From assembly GCF_025643275.1 (NCBI RefSeq), contig NZ_CP089977.1, positions 2,070,001 to 2,102,000 on the forward strand: 32,000 nucleotides of DNA. The letters are read 5' to 3'. Position 1 is the first letter of the stretch. The number at the start of each line of letters is the position of its first letter. Positions 8,722-17,129 of this stretch are shown piece after piece. The notes beneath the pieces were generated by a model. The model was not told where the DNA came from. It was given only the letters and a program-made list of their open reading frames with translations, and searched no databases. Both the position numbers and the translations under genes were made by a program. Origin of the DNA: Moraxella nasicaprae (GTDB taxonomy: Bacteria; Pseudomonadota; Gammaproteobacteria; Pseudomonadales; Moraxellaceae).

Positions 8722-9260
8722 ACTACGCCCACAATAACCTATCCGCTACGCTCCAATTTGGCGAAGTGAGTGAAATTGACCCAAAGACACACAAAGTGAA
8801 AGTAAATTTCAATGCCTTGGATAGTATGACAAGCGACTGGCTTCCTGTCATCTCGATGGGGGCAGGTGGCAATCAATTCTATACCTTGCCCGATGTGGGG
8901 GCGACCGCCGTGTGCCTGATGAATGCGGGTGGCGATGGCGGTGTGGCACTTGGCGTGATTTATAATGACCAAGATACCCCACCAACCGATAACGGTGAGC
9001 TATGGGTCAAGCGATTTAGTAATGACACCGTCATCAGCCACAACCGCCAAAACGGACAAATCATCGTAGAAACGAGTGGTGATGTACTGATAAAAGCAAA
9101 ACAAGTAACGCTTGACACTCCAAGCACCATCATCACAGGCAATGTACAGGTAACAGGGAAACTTACCGCAAGCATAGATGTGGTGGGCGGTGGGGTCAGC
9201 CTAAAATCGCATACGCACGGCGGTGTCGCTGGTGGCAATAGCAGAACTGGCACACCTTAA
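8718..9260 (+). CDS. Baseplate spike protein (P2 gpV-like)
   Basis: 180 aa. ATGA overlap with gpD. Has an OB-like N-terminal domain and a C-terminal SLKSHTHGG tip motif. Confidence 0.85.
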   Translation: MNYAHNNLSATLQFGEVSEIDPKTHKVKVNFNALDSMTSDWLPVISMGAGGNQFYTLPDVGATAVCLMNAGGDGGVALGVIYNDQDTPPTDNGELWVKRFSNDTVISHNRQNGQIIVETSGDVLIKAKQVTLDTPSTIITGNVQVTGKLTASIDVVGGGVSLKSHTHGGVAGGNSRTGTP

Positions 9261-9276
9261 CACACCTTTAACATAC

Positions 9277-9309
9277 GGATTTTTCTTAAAACCCTTTAAA
9301 AGACCCAAA
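9277..9309 (+). repeat. 33-nt conserved intergenic element, copy 2
   Basis: GGATTTTTCTTAAAACCCTTTAAAAGACCCAAA has one mismatch to 2617-2649. Confidence 0.8.
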
Positions 9310-9327
9310 CTCCAAAACCCCCTACAA

Positions 9328-9357
9328 TACACCCAATCACTTTGGGTGTATTTTTTT
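9328..9357 (+). terminator. Rho-independent terminator after gpV
   Basis: TACACCCAA / TTGGGTGTA 9-bp stem, 5-nt loop, T7 run. Confidence 0.7.
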
Positions 9358-9367
9358 GTAGGTCAAA

Positions 9368-9718
9368 ATGACAACCACCAACCACCGCCATTGGCAATTA
9401 TCATCTGACAGCACGGCAATCACGGATATTGATGACATTCATCGCTGTATCGAGATTATTTTGGCCACCAAAAAAGGCTCTGATGTCTTGCGACCGACCT
9501 TTGGCTCGGCTCATTTGGATTATTTGGACGCACCAACTGATATTTTAATTCCTAATGTGGTGCGTGAGATTCATCTGGCACTGCAAACTTGGGAAAAGCG
9601 AGCCATCATCAAAGACATTTATTTTACAGGGCAAGCACCACATTTGACGATGATGATTGATTGGCAAGTGGCGGATAGTGTCAAAGGCGAGATTTATAAA
9701 AGCGAATTTATCTTGTAG
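9368..9718 (+). CDS. Baseplate wedge protein (GPW/gp25 family, P2 gpW-like)
   Basis: 116 aa. CIEIILATKKGSDVLRPTFGS is the characteristic gp25/GPW motif region. Confidence 0.85.
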   Translation: MTTTNHRHWQLSSDSTAITDIDDIHRCIEIILATKKGSDVLRPTFGSAHLDYLDAPTDILIPNVVREIHLALQTWEKRAIIKDIYFTGQAPHLTMMIDWQVADSVKGEIYKSEFIL

Positions 9719-9726
9719 GGGCGAGC

Positions 9727-10866
9727 GTGAAACTACCAAAACGAGAAAACTTAAAAATCGTGGACGATGACATCGGCACGATTTTAAGTGAGACAATCAA
9801 AGACTACGAACACCGAGCAGGCAAAGTGCTACAACCTGCTCATATTGAACGCCTTCTCATCAATGCCTTTGCTTATCGTGAGTTATTGCTACGAAAACAG
9901 CTTAACGAAGCCTACCGCCAGCAACATATCCCCTATGCCACAGGCTTAATGCTTGATGTCGCTGGGGCGGATTTTGGCACACATCGCCTGTCCGCACAGC
10001 CTGCGGATACTGTTTTGGAATTTAGCGTTAATCCTTCTGAAATTGGCAATTTAACCATTCAAATCGCCAAGGGCACACAAGTCTTGGCGGGCAATGTTAC
10101 CTTTGCTACCACAGAGGGTGGACAGCTTAATCAAAACAGTCCAAGTATCCGCCTAAATGCCGTTTGCACTCAAACAGGTGCAGTTGGCAATGGCTATGCG
10201 GTGGGGCAAATTGGCACGCTGGCAACTCGCCCACACCCCACCATTAGCGTATCAGCCAAAAACATCACCATCAGCCAAAATGGGACTGATGTAGAGAGCG
10301 ATGACAGCTACCGAGAGCGGATTATGCTTGCTTTTGAGCGTTTTAGTAATGCAGGCTCAAAAGGAGCGTATGCTTATTTTGTCCGCTCGGTCAGCCAAGA
10401 GATTATTGATGTCTATGTAGGTAATGCCATAGACCGTCAAGGACAGCCGATTGGCGGGACGGTGGCGGTGTACTTGCTTGGCAAGACTATGCCAGTTTCG
10501 GACAATCTGATTCGTGAAGTAAATAAGGCGTTGAATGACGAAAAGGTACGCCCCCTATGTGATACCGTTACCGTAAATTCTGCAAAAGTGGTTAATTTTA
10601 CCCTAAATGCCGAGCTGACCGTCTTTACAGGGGTAAATGCTGATGAAGTCTTGGCAAATGCCAAAAGTGCATTTGATGTTTATCAAAAAGAGGCACAAAG
10701 CCGACTTGGGCAAGATGTCGTTCCCCTAAACATCGCCAAAACCTTGCAAGTGGCGGGCGTTTATGATGTTAAGCTCATTAGCCCTACCTTGACCGCCATT
10801 GCCCCTGATACGGTTGCCATTTGCAATCACATCAATATCCGTATTGTGGGGCAAACCGATGGATAA
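9727..10866 (+). CDS. Baseplate protein J (P2 gpJ-like)
   Basis: 379 aa with a GTG start. Position is between W and I. The size and central region are Baseplate_J-like. Confidence 0.8.
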   Translation: MKLPKRENLKIVDDDIGTILSETIKDYEHRAGKVLQPAHIERLLINAFAYRELLLRKQLNEAYRQQHIPYATGLMLDVAGADFGTHRLSAQPADTVLEFSVNPSEIGNLTIQIAKGTQVLAGNVTFATTEGGQLNQNSPSIRLNAVCTQTGAVGNGYAVGQIGTLATRPHPTISVSAKNITISQNGTDVESDDSYRERIMLAFERFSNAGSKGAYAYFVRSVSQEIIDVYVGNAIDRQGQPIGGTVAVYLLGKTMPVSDNLIREVNKALNDEKVRPLCDTVTVNSAKVVNFTLNAELTVFTGVNADEVLANAKSAFDVYQKEAQSRLGQDVVPLNIAKTLQVAGVYDVKLISPTLTAIAPDTVAICNHINIRIVGQTDG

Positions 10867-11440
10867 GCTCATTTATGCCGATGTGATTGCCAAAGAGCAA
10901 ACCTTTACAGCTTTGGCGGATTTGGGGCTTGCCCTTGATGAGTTGCCAATAGATAAGCTCCTTATTCGCTTGATTGATTTGGTAGACAGTGAGCATTTAC
11001 CAATTTTGGCAGAGAGTATGAGTGTCGCTGGAGTGGACGGCTATTGGCTTGCCGAAAGCGATGAAGCAAGGCGAAATCTTATTAAAGGAGCGTATGACCT
11101 GCACCGCTTCAAAGGTACACCGTGGGCGGTTAAGGAAATCGTCAGACGGCTTGGCTTTGGTAATGCCACGCTTGAAGAGGGCTTTGGTGGCAAACGACAT
11201 AATGGCGAAATCACAAGGCGAGATGGCGTCTATAACTATGGGCATTCTGACCGCTGGGCGTATTATCGCATCATCATTCACGAACCTATTACCCTTGAAC
11301 AGGCGAACCTACTTAGAAAGACTTTGTCCGCGTTTGCCCCTGCTCGCTGTATTTTGTCCGCCCTTGATTTTACACAGGCAAGCATTCGGCACAATGGCAA
11401 AATTATCCGAGACGGCAGATACACTCGTGGCACGGCTTAA
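10859..11440 (+). CDS. Tail protein I (P2 gpI-like)
   Basis: ATG at 10859 overlaps the gpJ stop (ATGGATAA). HLPILAESMSV...WLAESDEARRNLIKGAYDLHRFKGTPWAVKEIVRRLGF matches the gpI family pattern. Confidence 0.8.
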   Translation: MDKLIYADVIAKEQTFTALADLGLALDELPIDKLLIRLIDLVDSEHLPILAESMSVAGVDGYWLAESDEARRNLIKGAYDLHRFKGTPWAVKEIVRRLGFGNATLEEGFGGKRHNGEITRRDGVYNYGHSDRWAYYRIIIHEPITLEQANLLRKTLSAFAPARCILSALDFTQASIRHNGKIIRDGRYTRGTA

Positions 11441-11662
11441 ACGACTTTAATTTGTAAGGAAAAGATTATGGCAAACTTGCAAGAAACACCCACTTGGGAA
11501 GCTGGTATTTATCAGCTTGAAACTTCTGACCCTGTGATGGGCGGAGAAAATGGTATTGATAATAGAGCTCCAAGACAACTCGCCAACCGCACACTGTGGC
11601 TAAAAAATGAGCTAGCAAGGCAGATTGGGGTGGTCAATAGTGGCAAACTTGGCAAAACTGAA

Positions 11663-12039
11663 AATGCGGTATCAGCAAGCAAACTTGCCACCGCTCGCAA
11701 TATTGCAATGACAGGGACGGCTCGTGGAATGTCAATTTTGACGGCTCACAAAATGCCACAGGTGCCTTAACGCTTGCAAACAGCGGTGTTACGGCAGGCT
11801 CTTATAACTCGGTTACAGTAGATGCCAAAGGACGAGTAACAGCAGGCTTAACCCAAACGCACGGACTGGTAACCGCCACTACCGCACAAGGGACAGCCAA
11901 TGTCGCCACAGGTAACGGCAACACCTTTCTTAACATTGTTGCAAGTGGCGTGGGTCAAACTGCGTCTGTTGGTTCATCCACCCAAATCACAGGTACAAAT
12001 GGTATTACCGTCTCATCAGACACGGCTGGCAAGCTCATT
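11663..12039 (+). repeat. Tail-fibre internal module, copy A (about 377 nt)
   Basis: Encodes N.VSASKLATARNIAMTG(D)GSWNVNFDGSQNATGALTLANSGVTAGSYNSVTVDAKGRVTAGLTQTHGLVTATTA...NTFLNIVASGVGQTASVGSSTQITGTNGI.VSSDTAGKLI. Paralogous to 12547-12924. Confidence 0.85.
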
Positions 12040-12546
12040 TTAGGGCAAACACTTGCCAATAGTTTGACTGATGCTTCTACCGCCAAGGCTTTGACCGCCT
12101 TACAAGGTAAGGTGCTTGATGAGAAGATTACGGCTGTCAATAACGCTTTGACAAGCCACCGCCATAATTGGAATGAGATTGATAGCAAGCCCAGCACTTT
12201 TACGCCATCAAGCCATACACATACCATCGCTAATATTACCGATTATGATGTTAGGCAAATCAGTACTGAAGATTTGGATAGCATTACCAAATGGGGTATT
12301 TATGGACAAGGGGCAAACAATCAATCACTGACTGAGAGAAATTATCCTGTACCTAATGAAGCTGGCACATTGGAAGTTATGCCTGGCACTTACGGACTTC
12401 GCCAAAGATTTACTACATTTGCCACTCATCGTCAGTTTGAGCGCTCAAGAAACAATGCTCAAACAGGCTGGAATGCGTGGACGGAGCTATCAAACACATG
12501 GGACGCCATACGAGGCAAGCCAAATAACCTTGCTACCACCACAAGC

Positions 12547-12924
12547 AATGTCGCCTCTGCCACCAAGCTCCAAACCGCCCGCAATATCGCAATGACTGGC
12601 GATGGCTCGTGGAATGTCAATTTTGACGGCTCACAAAATGCCACAGGTGCCTTAACGCTTGCAAACAGTGGTGTTACGGCAGGCTCCTATAACTCAGTAA
12701 CGGTGGACGCAAAAGGACGAGTTACCGCAGGCTTAACCCAAACGCACGGACTTGTAACCGCCACCACCGCCACAGGGACAACCAACACCGCCACCACGAA
12801 CACTAATACATTTCTAAACATTGTGGCAAGCGGCGTAGGTCAAACTGCGTCTGTTGGCTCAAGTACGCAAATCACAGGCACAAACGGCATCAGCGTATCA
12901 TCAGACACTGCTGGTAAGCTCATT
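12547..12924 (+). repeat. Tail-fibre internal module, copy B (378 nt); a third partial copy lies at about 12940-13035
   Basis: Direct repeat of copy A at an offset of 884/885 nt. Long identical stretches are separated by a divergent Thr/Asn-rich centre. Confidence 0.85.
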
Positions 12925-13346
12925 GTTACCCGTGATAGCAACTCGCCCACCGCCACCAAACTTGCCACCGCCCGTAACATCGCCCTAACAGGAGCGGTAA
13001 CTGGCAATGTCAATTTTGATGGGTCGGGGAATGTGAGTTTGGCAACAACTGTGCAATCCGTGAGTGGCAAAGTGGTTGTTATGACTGGTACTATCGAACA
13101 TGGTGGCACCATTCCACTACCAGCAGGATTTAATGAAAATCAATGCAAGTGGATGGTTTCAATGAATGATGACAATCCAACTCGAACAACATGGGATATT
13201 AACGAAGGAGGGTATCATTTACATTATCGCCAAGAATGCTTTACGGAAGGTCGTGTGGTAACAGCTAGGACTTATCTAGGTGGACATTCTGGCTCATCAT
13301 CTGTTGTGAACAGTAAGGCTAACTACATCATCATTGGAGTGAAATA

Positions 13347-13925
13347 ATGTATTACATTTTTAATAAAGATGGTAAAAATATCGGTCAGTGCGACTTTGAG
13401 CCAAACGCAGAAGACTTAGCAAGTCGCCAAGAAAGCTATCAACTGTACAAAAATCCTTTACAACAAGGGGATGAAATTTGGCTTGTTGATGGAAAAATCA
13501 CAATCATCAGCCCGGCTCAATTAACGACAGAAGAGCTTAAAGTCCAACACCAATCCCAAATCTGGGAAGCCATCAAACAAAAACGTCACACCATCACTCG
13601 TGGCGGGGTTTATGTCAAATCGGTCAAAAAGTGGTTTCATACCGATGATAGTTCTCGCACACAGTATTTGGCATTGCAAATCTTGCCACAGCTACCGCCT
13701 GATTTAATGTGGAAAACGATGGATAACAGCTTTGTCAAATTGGATAAGGCGTTATTGACCGAGCTTGCGATGACGATTTTGACCGCCGAGCAAGCTGATT
13801 TTGCTAATGCTGAAAAGCACCGTTTGGCAATGTTACAGGCACAAAATCCCCTAGAATACGATTATTCAAAGGGTTGGACAGCCATTTATGACCCAACTGA
13901 CAAACAAGGAGCAAGCGATGAATAA
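13347..13925 (+). CDS. Tail fibre assembly / chaperone protein (gpG/Tfa position)
   Basis: 192 aa. TAATG overlap with the fibre gene stop. The call is mainly positional. Confidence 0.6.
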   Translation: MYYIFNKDGKNIGQCDFEPNAEDLASRQESYQLYKNPLQQGDEIWLVDGKITIISPAQLTTEELKVQHQSQIWEAIKQKRHTITRGGVYVKSVKKWFHTDDSSRTQYLALQILPQLPPDLMWKTMDNSFVKLDKALLTELAMTILTAEQADFANAEKHRLAMLQAQNPLEYDYSKGWTAIYDPTDKQGASDE

Positions 13926-14373
13926 AGTCTATTTAGCTTGCTATCGTGGGCGTGGCGACAAATTGACCCACCGCCTATGTGATGGCATTACCCGCTTTTT
14001 TACTCGTGGCAAATACAGCCACACCGAGATTGCCATCGCCTTGCCTGACGGTCGTTACCAATGCTATTCATCAAGCGTGCGTGAAGGTGGTGTGCGTACC
14101 AAGATAATGCCCTTAAATCCTGACAAATGGGACTTAATCGCCCTTGGTGGCATTTCGCCCGAACAAATTACCCGCTATTACCGACAAAATCACGGCTCGG
14201 ATTATGACCTTTTGGGGGCGTTGGGCTGTGTGGCGGGACTACCACAGAACGCAGATAAATTCTTTTGTTCTGAGTGGTGCTACAACGCCATTTTTGGGTC
14301 AAATCAAGGCTTTCGGTTTAGCCCCAATCAGCTTGCCGAGATTGTTCGCCATTTATCCATTTTGGATAACTAA
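13918..14373 (+). CDS. Putative permuted papain-fold (NlpC/P60, YiiX/C92-like) hydrolase
   Basis: ATG at 13918 is preceded by AAGGAG. His-containing YSHTEIAI comes before Cys-containing FCSEWCY, the order expected for permuted NlpC/P60 amidases. Recognition is only by motif. Confidence 0.45.
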   Translation: MNKVYLACYRGRGDKLTHRLCDGITRFFTRGKYSHTEIAIALPDGRYQCYSSSVREGGVRTKIMPLNPDKWDLIALGGISPEQITRYYRQNHGSDYDLLGALGCVAGLPQNADKFFCSEWCYNAIFGSNQGFRFSPNQLAEIVRHLSILDN

Positions 14374-14398
14374 TTTTGTTCTTATTTAGGAGAAATCA

Positions 14399-14920
14399 AT
14401 GCCAAATCCAAGTAACTACCCAACCCAAATCACGCCACATTTTAGCTATCGTGAGCTGACAAGAAGCGAAACTGCCAGACGGCATGGAGTTGCAAACATC
14501 CCAAGCCAAAGCGATCTTGCCAACATCACTTATACCGCTCATCAGCTTGAAAAGGTGCGTGCTTATTTAAATGACAAATACCAAAAGCCCATCGCCATCA
14601 TCGTAACTTCTTGCTTTCGTAGCGAAAGGGTTAATAAACTGGTTGGTGGTTCAAAAACTTCCGCTCATCGCTTTGGACTGGCGGCGGATTGTGATGCTAC
14701 AGGCTTTACATCAAGGGCATTTGCCAAAGAAATCATTGAGATGCGTGATAAGGGCTTGATTGCCTTTGATCAGCTGATTTTGGAATTTCCAGAAAGAGGT
14801 GATGGAGCATGGGTGCATTTGGGCTTTAAAAAAGACGGCAAAGGTCAAAGAAATCAAATCTTAACCGCCACCAAACGAAACGGCAAAACTGTGTATTTGC
14901 AAGGCTTGCAAGGAGGTTAA
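14399..14920 (+). CDS. Peptidase M15A-family peptidoglycan hydrolase (phage endolysin-type)
   Basis: SCFRSERVNKLVGGSKTSAHRFGLAADCD ... GAWVHLG carries the H-x6-D ... H zinc-ligand arrangement of M15 D-Ala-D-Ala / L-Ala-D-Glu peptidases. Confidence 0.8.
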   Translation: MPNPSNYPTQITPHFSYRELTRSETARRHGVANIPSQSDLANITYTAHQLEKVRAYLNDKYQKPIAIIVTSCFRSERVNKLVGGSKTSAHRFGLAADCDATGFTSRAFAKEIIEMRDKGLIAFDQLILEFPERGDGAWVHLGFKKDGKGQRNQILTATKRNGKTVYLQGLQGG

Positions 14921-14959
14921 GATGATTTAGATTAAACGATAAAAAAAGAAAAGACGGTC

Positions 14960-15046
14960 GGTATGACGGTGTGCGACCACCGCCATACCAGCCACGCAGT
15001 GTGAGTGCGTAAGCCCAAAGAACCGCCTGCTTAGCTAAGCGGTGTT
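14960..15046 (+). other. Cluster of three hairpins between the lysis genes and com (possible terminator/structured leader)
   Basis: H1: GGTATGACGGTG-6nt-CACCGCCATACC (11/12 bp, 14960-14989). H2: ACGCA-7nt-TGCGT (14994-15010). H3: ACCGC...GCGGT around the palindrome GCTTAGCTAAGC, followed by GTTATTTT (15022-15050). Confidence 0.4.
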
Positions 15047-15080
15047 ATTTTACCACAAAATCCATAGGATTACGCAAAAA

Positions 15081-15275
15081 ATGAAACAGCGTTGCACAAA
15101 TTGCAAAAAACTTTTAGCCATTGGCACGGGCAATTTTGCCATCAAATGCCCAAGATGCAAAACTTTAAATCAAATTAACACGCAAACCAAAGAATGCCAC
15201 GAGCATCATAACCCTTTAAATAAGGAAACCTATGAATGCTCAAAACAACCCCCAACCAACCCAATCCACCCCTAA
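15081..15275 (+). CDS. com: Com-like zinc-finger translational regulator
   Basis: MKQRCTNCKKLLAIGTGNFAIKCPRCKTLNQI has the CxxC...CxxC layout and wording of phage Mu Com (MKSIRCKNCNKLLF...IRCPRCK). Its 3' end overlaps the start of the downstream methylase gene, as com overlaps mom in Mu. Confidence 0.75.
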   Translation: MKQRCTNCKKLLAIGTGNFAIKCPRCKTLNQINTQTKECHEHHNPLNKETYECSKQPPTNPIHP

Positions 15276-16109
15276 CCCCAAACAATACCCAAAATCAAAA
15301 CCCAGTGTCGGCAGTCTCTTTGCTGGCATTGGCGGATTTGACTTGGGATTTGAAAACGCAGGTTTTTACACCAGCTGGCAAGTGGAAATTGACCCCATTT
15401 GCAAAGCGGTGTTATCAGACCGTTTCCCCCACGCCACCCAGTTTGACGATGTTAGAAACTGCTTGCCCAAAATCCAAGCCCTGCCAAATGGCGGAAGTGT
15501 CGATGTCATGTCTCCATGGCAGGCAAACGAGCAGGACTTCACGGACAGCGGACAGGCTTGTTCTTTGATGCTATCGGTATTATCCAAGCAATTAAGCCAA
15601 GATTTGTCGTGCTTGAAAATGTCACAGGTCTCATCAATTCCAACGATGGCAAAGACCTACAAACAGTCATTGAAACGCTTGCCCAATGCGGGTATGTGGG
15701 ATTTTGGCGAGTGCTGGACAGCCGTTATTTCGGAGTCCCCCAAAAACGCCGTAGAGTATTCTTGGTTGCAGGTCTTGGAGAATACCCACCATTTAGCCTT
15801 ATGGCTGACTTGGGGTCAGTGGAACGCATTTCTGGCAAGACTGAATCGCAATCGTGCTGGGCGGACGCACACCATACGCTACTGGCAGGGGTCGGCTCAT
15901 CCGCCATCAACATCAATTGTGCTGATATCATCGCTGTGCCAAATGGACGGCATCAGATGGCTGTCAGGGAGCGAACGACTGTCGATGATGGGCTTTGCAA
16001 AGGATTGGATGAGACCAACGCTTGTGAGGCTAGGACTGCGGGAAACGCCGTCTGTCCGCAAGTCGCACAGTTTATCGCAAGCCACTTGATGACGTCTTTT
16101 AACCCATAA
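15232..16109 (+). pseudogene. C5-cytosine DNA methyltransferase, disrupted (at least 3 frameshifts; catalytic PCQ motif lost)
   Basis: Motif I LFAGIGGFDLGF is in the frame of 15232. AGKRAGL, VVLENVTGL and VPQKRRRVFLVAG are in the frame of 15516. Motif IX-like SERLSMMGFAKDW (15970-16008) is back in the first frame. Motif X GNAVCPQVAQFIA (from 16041) is again in the second frame. Where GxPCQ is expected the sequence reads SPWQ (15511-15522). Confidence 0.8.
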
Positions 16110-16172
16110 TTGAACCAGCATTTCAACCATTTTGAGTGTCTTGAACGCCTTTAACTTTAAAAGGATAAGTTT

Positions 16173-17039
16173 ATGACACTCAATTCACTTTCTAACAAAC
16201 ATTACAAAACCGCCCCTTTGCCATTTACAGGGCAAAAGCGAATGTTTTTAAGGCACTTTGAAAAAATCTTAAAAGATAATGTCTCAAATGATGGAGAGGG
16301 CTTTACGGTGCTTGATGTCTTTGGCGGTTCTGGACTGCTTGCTCACAATGTCAAGCGTATCTTGCCCAAAGCCAACGTCATTTATAACGACTTTGACGGC
16401 TATGCTGAGCGTTTGGCTCATATTCCCACCACCAATCGCTTACGCCAAGAGCTGTTTGAAATCTTAAAAGACGAGCCAAGAAGTGCCAAATTATCAAACA
16501 CCACCAAAGCCAAAGCCCTAGACCATATCCGTAAAAGTGCCGACAACGGGACTTTTGTTGATGTGCAAACCTTGGCAGGTTGGTTGTTGTTTAGCGGACG
16601 ACAAGTGGGCAATCTTGATGAGTTTTTGGCAGAGTCCACCTTTTATAACCGTATTGTCAAAACTGACTACGACACCGCAGATGGCTATCTGGAAGGTCTT
16701 ATCATTGAATGCCTAGATTTTGAAAAGCTGTTACAAAAATACCAAGACACCCCAAATTGCTTGCTTCTGCTTGACCCGCCTTATGTTTGCACCGCACAGG
16801 GGGCGTATGCCAAGCACGGCTATTTTGGCATGACGAAGTTTTTACGGCTTATGCAGTTTGTGCGTCCACCCTTTATCTTTTTTAGCTCCACCAAAAGCGA
16901 GTTGATGGATTATATGGCTTATGTGGAGCAGTACGAGCCACCCACTTGGCAAAGGGTTGGGGGCTTTGAGCGGATTGTTGTCAATGCTCGCATTAACGCA
17001 CAAATTGGCTATGAAGACAATATTTTGGTTAAGTTTTAA
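16173..17039 (+). CDS. N6-adenine DNA methyltransferase (Dam/D12-class-like), orphan
   Basis: 288 aa. Has the SAM-binding motif LDVFGGSG and the catalytic DPPY (LLLDPPYV) in the alpha-group order. RBS AAGGA. No adjacent restriction endonuclease gene. Confidence 0.8.
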   Translation: MTLNSLSNKHYKTAPLPFTGQKRMFLRHFEKILKDNVSNDGEGFTVLDVFGGSGLLAHNVKRILPKANVIYNDFDGYAERLAHIPTTNRLRQELFEILKDEPRSAKLSNTTKAKALDHIRKSADNGTFVDVQTLAGWLLFSGRQVGNLDEFLAESTFYNRIVKTDYDTADGYLEGLIIECLDFEKLLQKYQDTPNCLLLLDPPYVCTAQGAYAKHGYFGMTKFLRLMQFVRPPFIFFSSTKSELMDYMAYVEQYEPPTWQRVGGFERIVVNARINAQIGYEDNILVKF

Positions 17040-17129
17040 AAAGTGAAAATTCATTACAAAAAGACTGGACTACGCTCTATGAGTACGGCAGTATGTGCCT
17101 TATAAATTAACAAGTTAAAGGTAAATGTA

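Larger units (their letters stand above)
11468..13347 (+). pseudogene. Tail fibre gene (P2 gpH / Mu S-like N-terminus) interrupted by a 1-nt frameshift near 11714-11717
   Basis: The N-terminus TPTWEAGIYQLETSDPVMGGENGIDNRAPRQLANRTLWLKNEL is the conserved fibre N-domain. The frame breaks at ATGACAGGG-ACGGCTCGTGGAATGTC, whereas the internal repeat at 12592 reads ATGACTGGCGATGGCTCGTGGAATGTC. The downstream frame is open from the shift site to 13347. Confidence 0.75.

Noticed and set aside
11022-11450. 142-aa alternative-frame ORF inside gpI. Similar internal ORFs occur at 2385-2700, 4311-4640, 8165-8428 and 14144-14389.
   Set aside because: All are embedded in genes with clear family motifs in another frame. 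None has an RBS or independent evidence.
11663-12924. Tail-fibre repeats considered as an invertible host-range segment (Mu G / P1 C type).
   Set aside because: The repeats are direct, not inverted. No Gin/Cin-type invertase gene or alternative reverse-strand fibre C-terminus is present.
15236-15568. Third-frame ORF across the methylase 5' region that contains the tripeptide PCQ (KSKPCQMAEVSMS). It might be the displaced catalytic motif.
   Set aside because: The flanking residues do not fit GxPCQxFSxAG, and the spacing to AGKRAGL is wrong. I cannot distinguish this from coincidence. The locus is called a pseudogene either way.
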